DNA of 64,000 bases from Guillardia theta CCMP2712 (Eukaryota > Protista > Cryptophyta). The stretch is taken from positions 567,013 through 631,012 of the forward strand of contig NW_005434637.1 of assembly GCF_000315625.1 (NCBI RefSeq). Direction: 5' to 3'. Position 1 is the first letter of the stretch. Each line of letters opens with the position of its first letter. Of this stretch, positions 52,501-64,000 are shown one piece after another. The translations under genes and the position numbers were made by a program. The notes under the pieces are model-generated. The model worked only from the letters and a program-made list of their open reading frames with translations. It was not told where the DNA came from and searched no databases.

Positions 52501-55500
52501 GATAATTGATAAAACCCCAGACTTGAAAGCACGTAGCTGAAAGTGTAAATTCCATTTCCTTCGAATGTTGCATCTGTCTTTTGTCCCTGATTGATGTACC
52601 ATGTGAATCTTGACAAGTCGCTGGTGATGACATTTCCGTATTTATCAGACTGAACGATTGAAATTGTTGATGTCTGGGTCTTGGCCGTGCTGCTTAGCCC
52701 TGTTCCTTCAGCATAGCAACTAGGAGCATAAACAGCATCGGGTAACATCCGAATTGCAAATGGTGAACCGGAGATAGGAACTGAGGCTGCATTGATTATC
52801 ACGTTCACTTTAAGCGACCAATCTCCACTCCTCGTGATGGTGGACATTACTTTCCAAGCCTTGTCAGCAACTTGATAAGTTGGAGAGTACGTAATTACTG
52901 TTTGCTCCTCCCCAATAAATGCTTGTTTCTTACTCATCGACAGGTCCAAGACCGAATTTTCTGCTGCAAGATTACCAAATCTGTCACGAATGAATATCAA
53001 CATATTCTGTATAGTCCCTGCTGTAGACAGCGACAATGGTAACGTGGATCCTGATAGCGCATCAGAGGTTCGAACAGTGCATTTCGACAAATCTACAACA
53101 GAAGAAGTCACAGAAAACTCTGCGGGGCTCCCGCGAATGTTGATTCCAGATAGTTGTATCATGACGTTGTACCGTCCTGTTTGGGTCAAGAGAGCTTGCG
53201 CAGTGAAAGTTCCATTAAGATTATTCAACATGCATCCTTTTGCAGAATAGCACGGAATTTCTATATTCAGAGAATTCACCACTTTGATTGAAAACCTGAT
53301 AGTGGTGGAAGAGAAGGGATCGTACTCACCAAGGTTACCGTATAGGTCTCTGGTCTGAATGAAAAAATTTTGCACAGATCCAGCAGTAGCTATAGTCAAT
53401 GCCTGGTAAGTACATCCTTGCGCTACTATAGGACCTGGGCTGACCTTAATAGTTCTCGGTGAACCTGGAAGATTGAGAAGTTGTGGTCCATATATCACTC
53501 TCAAAGTGTACGAGCCAGCAATCATTAATACGAAAGTACATTCGTATGTGCTCGTTCCAAATGCACAGGTTCTATTCATCATCATCGAGCCGACAGTATC
53601 GTATTGGGCTACAACGAAACTTTCAGTTTTCTCCCAACCCTTCGAAAAAGCAAACAAATCTGGCTTATTAGAACCACTGCCATCTCTTGCTTGAATTGAG
53701 AAAGTTGTAGTAACACCAGCAACAAAGAAAAATGGTATTGCAGGCTGTACAACACAGAGATTGGGATCTGTCGCTGCAGGAATCACATACATTTGTAAGA
53801 TTCCATTCAATGCATCTTGTCCCCAATACAGCTGAAGGTTGTATTGCCCCTTATCGGCAGGCTTCCATGAGATGATGTATGTGCCATTGACGTAGTCCTG
53901 AAAGCTAAAAGTGATTAGAACCGTTGACGGGCTTGACACAACACTTGCACTGAACACGAGACCTCCATCTGTCAGATTGTTAGAAAATCTGTCTCTGGTT
54001 ACAATGATAATATTGCTCCGATCACCAAGTTGTACGATATTGAAGTCTGAGAATGTGATGCTGAACAAAGTTTTTGTGATATCAATAGCACTTGGAAGAA
54101 CTGAAAATGCAAGTGGCGAGCCAACTATATTGAGTCCTCCCAAGGTGGAATTTATCACGTAGTTGCCTGACACCGTCAATATAATTCCCACTTCATACGT
54201 AAACCGCGCAAGGGCATTCTGTTGTGCGACCAGCAGTAGATTTGGATTGCAAGGTTCTACAGAACAAACCCTTTTGATGTTCAACCGTACAAGATAAGGC
54301 AGAGTCGAAATGTAATTATTTCCAAAGACATCTCTCAAGTCAACTGCAAAGGTTGATGAGACTCCAGCCGTCATCGAAGTAGATTTGGAATACAATCGCG
54401 ATGTGCTTGAAGAAGGTTGATTAGAAAACACAGTAACGTTGTACGGACTTCTGCCTACCCTACTGCTATCAGACAATAATATGTTCAACAAATAAGCACC
54501 AGACCGCGTGACGACGTAACTTGCTACATGCATGAAGTTTGTGTATACTATGCTCACAGGGACAATCGATGGGCCAGTCAGTTGTGACACGATAACATGA
54601 GGTGTCTGGTCAGGCTGATACCTGATAGCATTTCCGAAAGCATCAAATGATTGTACATTGAATGTTGAGAGTACTCCTGCTGTTATTGTCAGCAAACCAT
54701 CACCGGATACAATACTTGTCGGTCCACTGGGTACAGCTGGAACGATGGTCAAATTGTAGGGGCTCTTGTCGATAGGAAGAATCTCGTTCAAGAAAACACG
54801 AATCACGTAATTTCCAACGATATATCTCACCACACTTGCATTGTACTTCCCATTTTGCAAATCTGTCATGCGAATCTTTGGACCAGAGTCAACCGAGTAG
54901 GAGACATTATCTCCTCCACTTCGTTTGTTGATGCCTCGAAAGTCTCTGATCTGTACAGAGAAAGAAAACAAGATTCCTGCCGTCCCCCTGGTTGCAAGGT
55001 TGGCGTCTGAGTTGAATCCAGTGACCTTGGAGCGACCTGCATCTGCAGGACCAGCTTCATCAACAATGATTAAAGTAAACGGACTTCCAGCAACGTTTTT
55101 GCCACTCAGTTTCACGTTAGCTGTGAGATTTGCTTTCTCATTCGGAGCCGTGAACTCAACGATGTATAGCCCGCCTATAGTTGGAAATGGTGTAACAGTA
55201 GTCACAAATACTGTTTGCAACGAAGGATTAACGATGGATATGTCCCATGTGTCAGTGCTTTGAGTCCGATCGTTTCCATATAAATCTCGAGCTTGAATAG
55301 AGAAAGAAACTACATCCGTAATGACTCCACCATAATTATCGAAAATAAGTGTCTGAGAAGGGTCTGTGAAGCCCGGGCTGAGACTCAAAACTGATATTGG
55401 AGATATCAGCTGAGATTTGTAGAAGACAGATACAGAAAACAAGCCACTTTTTGTTACTATAAGCGTTGTTGTGTTATCAGGAAATAGTTTCATCGTGAGC

Positions 55501-58500
55501 TGTTGAAAACTATCTACAGACCTTATGACGTAGAGGTCAAAAATGATTTGAGTCGAGGTTGATATTAGATTTCCGTAACGGTCCCGAGCGATCACAGTGA
55601 CCGACCTTGTCGTGCCAACTACACCAACACTGAATCCAGCAGAAAAGGATATGGATGAAACAGTTGTATTCACATCATTTGGCACCACTACGGCTTGAAA
55701 CGGGCTTCCAGAAATATGTATATCGTTCAGCAGAATTGACAGGCTATATCTGCCTGCAGCTGTCGCAGTGTACGATACTCCAAGTCTTCCATCCAAGGAG
55801 TCAGATGTTGCTGTCGAGCCAAAGCTCTGACCAACGAATGAGGAAGTGAATCTGATGTTAGACGATAGTCCAACAGTGCGCACATTTCCAAAAACATCCC
55901 TGGTGAGCACATTCACAATTCCGACTGTGCCGGCCCGCAAGGACTTCGCGAATAGATATGTTTCATTCAGATAGATCAATGTGCTCATATTCGCATCTGG
56001 AAGACCAGGGATGACATCAGCAATTGGTATGTTTGTCCCCAATGCGATCGATACGCCGTTTGCTGTTCGAATACTCAGCGACGATCGGATCTGCTTTCCA
56101 GCTGTCAGAGGCAGCCGGACTGGAATGCCGATCTCCACAAGTTGGCCCGTTGGTGTTTGCGAACAATTGCCCGACCGACTGAGAATGACTACCTGGCTAG
56201 TAATGTAATCAGAACAACACTGTACGAAATGAGAGTTTTCGAGTCTAGAAGATAGCACAGATTGCACTTGACCAGTCGATTCATTTCTAGCAACGATGAA
56301 GAATTCTGCTTGATTGTCGGTAATGTTGGACGCTGTGCCCGTCCAAATATAATCCCCGCTCGAATATCCACATGAAGAGACGAAGGAAGGAGGAAGGGAC
56401 GATAATTCTTCGCTGGAGCAAAGTCTGGTTCCAAAACTCTCACAGAATTGCAATGCTTCTGAAAAATTCCTCTGCCCCGAACACAAAACTCCGGACCTGT
56501 TCTCACACATTCCATGCAAGTTGGGACGACATAAAGCAGACTCAGTGCAAGATAGATCGTTGATCGTCTGCCATTTGAGAAGATTACAATCAGTAAATTG
56601 TCTTGGCGTGAATGTTTGTAGGAGAATATTGCCATCTAGTCCCATCACTTGCGTAACTTTGTACGGCTGTTGAACATTGAATGATGCAGCCACTGAATAT
56701 GAAAATTCTATACTCGCGTCGCCAGGAATTTGAGTCGTACTCAAGAATCGCACATGCAGTATAGTCTGTGCACCAGTCGCGACTAAATCAGAGAAAATGG
56801 AGACGTCAGTTATAAGTGGGATCGAAAAATTCATCGCATTTGGAAGAAAACTACTTAGTCTGCCTTCCAAAGCAACTTGAACTGGATACTTGGGAATAAA
56901 GTGTTGGAGAAATTCACCAGGCTGCACGATAGCCACGATTGATGTGTCTGCAATCCAAGAGACATCAAAGCAGTAAGTCTCGCCAATGGTTGCTTTCACT
57001 GTTGTAGGTGGATATATTCCAAAGTTCCTTCCCGTTATCGTCACTTGACCAGTAAACTTCGGGTAGGTCTGTCCAGCCAAGGCAGGTAGAACTGTAGGGG
57101 TAATATTCAAAGCCTCTGGAGCATCGTAGGTGAAATGCGATGAAAATTCATTGCAATTGGATACGTTCTGATATTGGATGAAGAATAAATCAATACCTTG
57201 TCCCAGGCCAGGATGAGTCAAACATGTCACTGACGAATCTGATGTCCATTCAAATCTTTCACAGGATGATCCTGCATACTTCAGCGCAACATTCTGGCTG
57301 TAATCAACAGTTCCGAAGTTGCTCCCAGAGATCGTGACGAGTTGTTTTCCTCCAGGCGGTCCATTTGTCAACTTTGTCGAGCTAATGCAAGGAGTGGAAA
57401 AATTGAATAAAGCTTGTGCAGTGCTTTGAAGCTGTATTATCGTTACAAGCGATGAAAGTTGAATACCCTGCCCCGCTCCTAGTTTGCAGGAGACTTGGGT
57501 ATCAGAATTCCACAAGGATGCTTGGCAAGATGTACCCCCACTCCGTATTGCAACTGAAAACGAAGACCGACCAAGAGAAGCTCCATACATGGAAAGAATG
57601 TCTCCTCCGACAGCGACAACAAAGTGAGAACATTTGGACTCATTTGTGACATTCAGCAAAGATTTGCAGGAAGGTTTGAAATAAACCAAGTTGAGCTCTG
57701 GGGGCTGATACGAAAAACTTTTGGATTGTGTTGAGATTTGATTCATGATAGTGGTTACAACATCGCTCGAATCAGGAATCCCATGTGGTATGACGCAAAA
57801 TATTGAGCTATCTGATTTCCATGAAGTCCCCTCTGACGCGGTGTAACCAAAACTATTCTTCAAACTCGAATCAAAATATCCCAAATTCCTGCCAGTAACA
57901 GTGAGATTGCTACGCCAGGAATAAGATTGATGTAAAGTTTGATCGAAAGAGAATTGATTTACACTGGTTTCAACTCTTATTCCCGAGGTTATTGATGCAG
58001 CAAGGTACTTGCCAAGTCCTTGTACTGCTCGCAAAGACATTGACGAGTCTGATAACCATTCAGTTGCGGTGGCCGAGCTTCGTCCAAGGCGAGAAGAACT
58101 AGAATAAGAACTTCCAAGACCGAAAGATACTCCTTGAGCTTGAATTATTACTGTGTGAGCATCTGTTGGAAGGTTTGAACGGTTCACTAGCATTAGCTTC
58201 CCTGCTTCATACCCATAGCCATTGGTTAGAGTTCCAACTTGATTCATGGATGTTAGAACTATCTGCTTGGATCCTCCAGAGCCGGTGCTTGTTGAAAGTG
58301 TCATTGATGAATCGGAATACCATTGAGTCCTTTCGCAAGAGGTACCTCCCCCTCTACCTACAGCACTCAATGCCCGCATCCCAATAGAAGACCCAAAGAC
58401 GTCTTGCTTCCTGGGCTTTGCTGTGCTAAGCCATGTATCACTTGCAAGCGGGGGATTGATAAGATCATCGTTGCAACTAGCAGCAAACAGCCTTTGGAAC

Positions 58501-61500
58501 ATCGATAAGTTTGCAGTGCACCCGATTTCTTGCAAGCATCCAGCAAAGATTGAATCACATTCACAAACTCCATTTCTTCCATAACAATCTATCCTCTGTG
58601 AGGAACAGTGTGCAATTCTGAAATAATCACAATACTGACTAGAGGACTTTCGCTGGAAGACAACAGGTCTGTCGCTACTGAAGCTCTCGGTGAGTGTTCC
58701 TACTCCAAGACTCATTGTAGCTGACAACCTCAAGGATGAACCAACAACGGATGGCGATCTACATGTCATCGCAGAATTTGATATCCACTTTGAATGCTCC
58801 GCAGATGATTGGCCAACTCGCATCATGGGACTAGAAGCGAAGACCAGAAAGTTTTGACCTATGATCTCTACCTGGGAAAGCCCAACAGTTGCCAAGTTAG
58901 TCACAGAAATGTTTTCTGAGGTCATCGTTAATTTGTCAAAACTCAACACATCCGACAAACTTGAAGAAATCATAGCTGAAGTTACAGCTATAGCATGCGA
59001 TCGTGCAAGAGAGGAGGACGTCTTGCAAATAATTTCCGATTCTGATATCCATTCAGTCAGTTCGGAGGCTGTACGTCCTAGTCTGGCACTAGCACTTTGG
59101 GGAAGATATGCATCTAAAACGCGAAGAGACAACGGTGCTCTTGATAGGAAATTGGAATGATTCGAAGAAAATCCCACAACTTCGTGACGATCAAATGACA
59201 AAACATTTGACACACTACTCGTAAGCATACTGGTAGTAACCAACAGCTGTTTGGAATGACCAAAGCCCGGAGAAGCCTTGCAAGTCAAAGATGATTTACT
59301 CAACCAAGATGTCGAAGAAATGGATGACGACCCAATTGAACCACCGAGTGTGAATCGCGAAACAGATACTGACCCCATAAACCCTTCTTCTACTGTCTCC
59401 GCCAGTGAAGTAACTACTGCAGAGAGGTTCAGCACAGGACTGTTATACGAAACAGAAACGCTTGACACCTCCTTCAACACTGTGATGGCAATGACATGGC
59501 TGCCCATACCCCCTGCTACGCAGCGAGACGTGATCGCGCTGTCTGATGTCCACGTCGTCGCCTCGCTCTCGCTCCCTCCAAGCCGCCCCCTGAGCGATAG
59601 ATCCCATATCCCCAAGCCTGTCCCTGCTATCCATGTCCACATCGAGCCGCTCCCTGCTACGTTCACCCCACGCCCGCTAGATATCTCTGCATGGTCGAAC
59701 GAGTGACTGGTCATCGTCGTATCGACTTGCTCCCCAACCGTGACTGTGATTGCCATACTCGAGCCCTTACCAGGAGCTCGGCTGCATGCCACTGCGCTGT
59801 CTGAGGTCCAAGACGTTGCCTCGCATGCACTCACTCCTGCCCTCCCAGCAATCGTGTACCCTGCTTCTCCGAAATCCATACCATGAATCGTCACTGCTGG
59901 TCGCTTTCCTGACCCTGCCCGGTTCGATACCAATGAAGCGTTGGCAAGGTCACTCAAAGTAAGGTGTCCCGAGTATAGCGTCCAGTTCTGTGGGCACGTG
60001 CTCTGGAATGCCAGTAGCCGTGAATGGTCCGCGCAGCCTTGCTTGCCCAAGCAGTCTGCAAATGAAACCTCGCAGGCGCACCTGCCTTCACCTGTGCTGT
60101 TGCTCTCTACGCACTGCGTGTAGTTCACGCTGCATGTATCCCGCGCAGCATGGCTGCAACTCCCGTACAGCACTGAGGGTGCGGCGTAGGCAGCTCCTGC
60201 AGCTACGGTCCCTACCAAGCTTCCCGATGTAACAGATACCCGTAGCTCCTTCCCGATTCCTTGCGCTTGCTTGCATGCTACCATCGAGTCCGATACCCAC
60301 TCGGTGCCCTCGCAGCTCGATATCCACACCCGGCCCATTGCACTCATGTCTGCTACTCCTATGCCGTACCCTTCAAGCCTGACCTCGCCCCCACCTACAG
60401 CTGGTCCTGGAGGTCCCTGCTCGAGTGCTGGTCGTAGATGAGGGACGCTGTACGTGACGGCTTCCGTCCTGGTTCCGACTATCTCTCCCACGGTGACACC
60501 GATGCGCAATGAGCCGCCCACCCCATCAGCCATTCGACAAGCCAAAGCTGTGCTCGATGTCCACATGCTCGCTTCGCATGCACTGGATCCTGTACGGATA
60601 GTTGCCGAAGAGTCATATCCGTCAAACCAACCGAAAATGCTCAGCTGTACCCTTGTCAGGTTCGTCCAGTTAGACATATTCGTGAAGTGCGAGGCCGTCA
60701 TGTTCAAGTAGGTCCCATTCGAAACATTGCCCACAAGAAATGTGCCATTCGACGACGCTGGTGTGTTCATCAGGCTACCCGGCCACATAAACCCTTCTTC
60801 TACTGTCTCCGCCAGTGAAGTAACTACTGCAGAGAGGTTCAGCACAGGACTGTTATACGAAACAGCCTCGCTCAATGTCGAGCTCTCCTGCATCACGCTG
60901 ATACTAATCAAATGACTGCCTCGCGTGCCTATCCCTGCCTGACATGTGATCGCGCTGTCTGATGTCCACGTCGTCGCCTCGCTCTCGCTCCCTCCAAGCC
61001 GCCCCCTGAGCGATAGATCCCATATCCCCAAGCCTGTCCCTGCTATCCATGTCCACATCGAGCCGCTCCCTGCTACGTTCACCCCACGCCCGCTAGATAT
61101 CTCTGCATGGTCGAACGAGTGACTGGTCATCGTCGTATCGACTTGCTCCCCAACCGTGACTGTGATTGCCATACTCGAGCCCTTACCAGGAGCTCGGCTG
61201 CATGCCACTGCGCTGTCTGAGGTCCAAGACGTTGCCTCGCATGCACTCACTCCTGCCCTCCCAGCAATCGTGTACCCTGCTTCTCCGAAATCCATACCAT
61301 GAATCGTCACTGCTGGTCGCTTTCCTGACCCTGCCCGGTTCGATACCAATGAAGCGTTGGCAAGGTCACTCAAAGTAAGGTGTCCCGAGTATAGCGTCCA
61401 GTTCTGTGGGCACGTGCTCTGGAATGCCAGTAGCCGTGAATGGTCCGCGCAGCCTTGCTTGCCCAAGCAGTCTGCAAATGAAACCTCGCAGGCGCACCTG

Positions 61501-64000
61501 CCTTCACCTGTGCTGTTGCTCTCTACGCACTGCGTGTAGTTCACGCTGCATGTATCCCGCGCAGCATGGCTGCAACTCCCGTACAGCACTGAGGGTGCGG
61601 CGTAGGCAGCTCCTGCAGCTACGGTCCCTACCAAGCTTCCCGATGTAACAGATACCCGTAGCTCCTTCCCGATTCCTTGCGCTTGCTTGCATGCTACCAT
61701 CGAGTCCGATACCCACTCGGTGCCCTCGCAGCTCGATATCCACACCCGGCCCATTGCACTCATGTCTGCTACTCCTATGCCGTACCCTTCAAGCCTGACC
61801 TCGCCCCCACCTACAGCTGGTCCTGGAGGTCCCTGCTCGAGTGCTGGTCGTAGATGAGGGACGCTGTACGTGACGGCTTCCGTCCTGGTTCCGACTATCT
61901 CTCCCACGGTGACACCGATGCGCAATGAGCCGCCCACCCCATCAGCCATTCGACAAGCCAAAGCTGTGCTCGATGTCCACATGCTCGCTTCGCATGCACT
62001 GGATCCTGTACGGATAGTTGCCGAAGAGTCATATCCGTCAAACCAACCGAAAATGCTCAGCTGTACCCTTGTCAGGTTCGTCCAGTTAGACATATTCGTG
62101 AAGTGCGAGGCCGTCATGTTCAAGTAGGTCCCATTCGAAACATTGCTTGCGAGTTGTTGAAATGCGATATATTTGTAAGGTTAGAGCAAATTGATTGGTT
62201 CAGGAATTGCACTGGCATAGACACCGGTACCAAATAAGATTCCAACACACCAAGGAGATTTGCATCATTCGTACCCCTTGGATTAAATGAACTTGGGGTT
62301 TCCAGTATGTATGAATTAAATGTCTTATGAAGGACAGCTGATCGTATTCGCTCTATTTGAGCTGTATCGTATGACAACATTTCCGTCGAAGATGAGCTTA
62401 GTAAGCTCGATGTGATCACAAGATTCAGAGACGATCCAACAGAAGATGCTCCTCTACAAGAGATTGATGAATCAGAATACCACTGAGTAAAAAGCGAGCG
62501 AGAGGAAGAAATGCGCACAGCCATCGACGTCGTTGCACTATCAAAGAGTCCATGTATGTGCAATTTACTTGATTTCCAATCCGCCACGAAATTCGATTTG
62601 ATTGAGCTCGATATTGAGAGCTTGTCATATGAGTAGACTTCTGATACGCTACTAACTAACGCTGAGGCTGTCAGTGACATCTGAACGCTTGATCCTCCAC
62701 CTCTTGGAACAGTACATAGAATAGAAGTGCTGGAAGTCCATTCTGATTGCTCACACGCTGTCAATCCCAATCTTAACGCAGGACTAAAAAGATGTGAGGA
62801 CAAATTATATGCAGGATATTCAATAGAGAACGACCCTTGATGGCGATTTGTCATGCTTTGAGGTGTCCGAAGTTGAAAAGCGTCGAATGAAACCGCTGCT
62901 TCTGACGTCCCGGTCAGTCTTCTCAACGTGACAGCAATGGATTGTGAGCCTCCATACCCCGCAGGGGCTTTGCAGGTAATGAAGGAATCACTAGACCAGA
63001 TTGTTGCTTCACAAGCTGTGTAACCAACACTGGATCGAACTGAGAAATCTGCAAGACCAAAACCTAGGCCCAAAACGACAACTGAATGATGTTCACTTCC
63101 ACCGAAATTGTACATAAATCGATCATCGGGAGGATGCTGGTTCGCGATAGCTTGTGTTGAGTTCAACAAACACAAGTCAGCTAGACTTTCTGCAAGCTTT
63201 GACCGTGCACAACCAGCATCAAGCATACATTGGAAATAAGATATATCGCATTCACAGGCGCTCCTGATACCGTCCGTTCTACAAGAAGAAAATCGTGTAC
63301 TGCATAGCAGTGCCATTGGCTGGAAGCAACCTACACTTATGTTTGGAGCTAAATCCAAACAAAATGGATGAGTTCTTAGGTCGTAACAATCGCAACTCCC
63401 GTCAAAATTACACCTTCCATTGCCATTACAAGTGACGGAATCTACACAATATGAGGTACAATTCCCTCCATAGTATCCAGCAGAGCATGATTGACAGGTC
63501 TGCCCAATAAAGTTGCCTTCGCATTGGCATGATCCATCAAACAAACAGGTTCCATGCCCTGAACATGTGTGTGTCGAGTCACAGAATACATCGCATGATG
63601 AACCAAAAAGGTTCAAATCACAAACATCGCAGCGCTGCCCAGTGAAATTTTCATTGCAGGTGCAGGATCCATCAAAGTCACACGATCCATGACCAGAACA
63701 ATTCAAAACAGGGTCACACATGACATCACAATACGCTCCAACGAAACCATTTGCGCAAACTCCACAATCCAAACCAGTATATCCCTGCTTGCACTCGCAG
63801 CTCCCATCCTCCTGACACCGCCCGTGCCCCGAGCAGTCCTTGTCCTCCTCGCACCGTACCTCGCACTGCTCCCCGTACCCTCCCGTGCACATGCTGCACC
63901 GCTCTCCTCCCCACCCGCCCTCGCAGGCGCAGCTCCCGTCTCCTTGGCATGTCCCGTGCCCCGAGCAGGTCTCGCCCTCCTCGCAGTACGCCTTGCACTT
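40572..64000 (-). CDS. Giant polycystin-1 (PKD1)-like receptor: EGF repeats - TIG repeats with Cys-rich inserts - lectin-like module - filamin/Ig repeats - REJ - GAIN/GPS - 5 TM - cytoplasmic discoidin-like x3, IQ and Sfi1-like motifs; 5' end off window; frameshift at ~62146
   Basis: EGF: CSGHGRCQEDGSCECKQGYTGLDC; filamin: G.GL..AG..F...D.YGN..G.Y...GSPF; REJ: LVLDASDSYDPD..FQWSC, NGAPSAGSTQISP..NWVDDPEDEPLSY; GPS: CTFWDANKKDWSSRGC..CECFHLTDF (~45134-45246); PKD1-like TMs SRTQMLTCFFCYIVSSMTANAIFYG and GWMTSSSISTIQKVFLTDPV; ORFs joined by short introns (e.g. 52256-52308); stop TGA 40572-40574. Confidence 0.88.
59376..62146 (-). repeat. Intragenic tandem duplication, period 1416 bp (472 codons)
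   Basis: 59530-60730 matches 60946-62146 with no difference seen by eye (all small ORFs recur at +1416); a further ~80-bp match at 59376 vs 60786. Confidence 0.95.

Noticed and set aside
1-64000. tRNA or rRNA genes
   Set aside because: No cloverleaf or rRNA-like conserved sequence recognised by eye; a covariance-model scan would be needed to exclude them.

Overview
Gene-dense eukaryotic nuclear DNA with many short (~40-55 nt) GT-AG introns. The intron size, GC-rich intergenic patches and giant IPT/TIG proteins suggest a cryptophyte alga (Guillardia/Hanusia-like), which is an inference. Genes in order: secreted EF-hand protein (truncated), XRCC4-like NHEJ factor, two hypothetical genes, a family-B DNA polymerase of the Pol delta type whose three exonuclease motifs are all degenerate, a decayed repeat element with GC-rich flanks, a type-I membrane protein, a small putatively myristoylated protein, a large TPR protein, a ~3600-aa secreted IPT/TIG-repeat protein, a divergent MEF2-type MADS-box gene, HPRT, and a >23-kb polycystin-1-like gene (EGF-TIG-filamin-REJ-GPS-5TM, then cytoplasmic discoidin-like domains, IQ and Sfi1-like motifs instead of the channel domain). 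Most notable observations: (1) two copies of a repeat differ largely by short ACTG/CAGT-type insertions, and the same words pepper the GC-rich intergenic patches, hinting at a motif-biased insertional mutagenesis process; (2) the proofreading-dead Pol delta paralog; (3) G-rich coding cassettes in both giant surface proteins with frameshifts exactly at cassette edges; (4) the channel-less polycystin architecture. All exon boundaries were read by eye.
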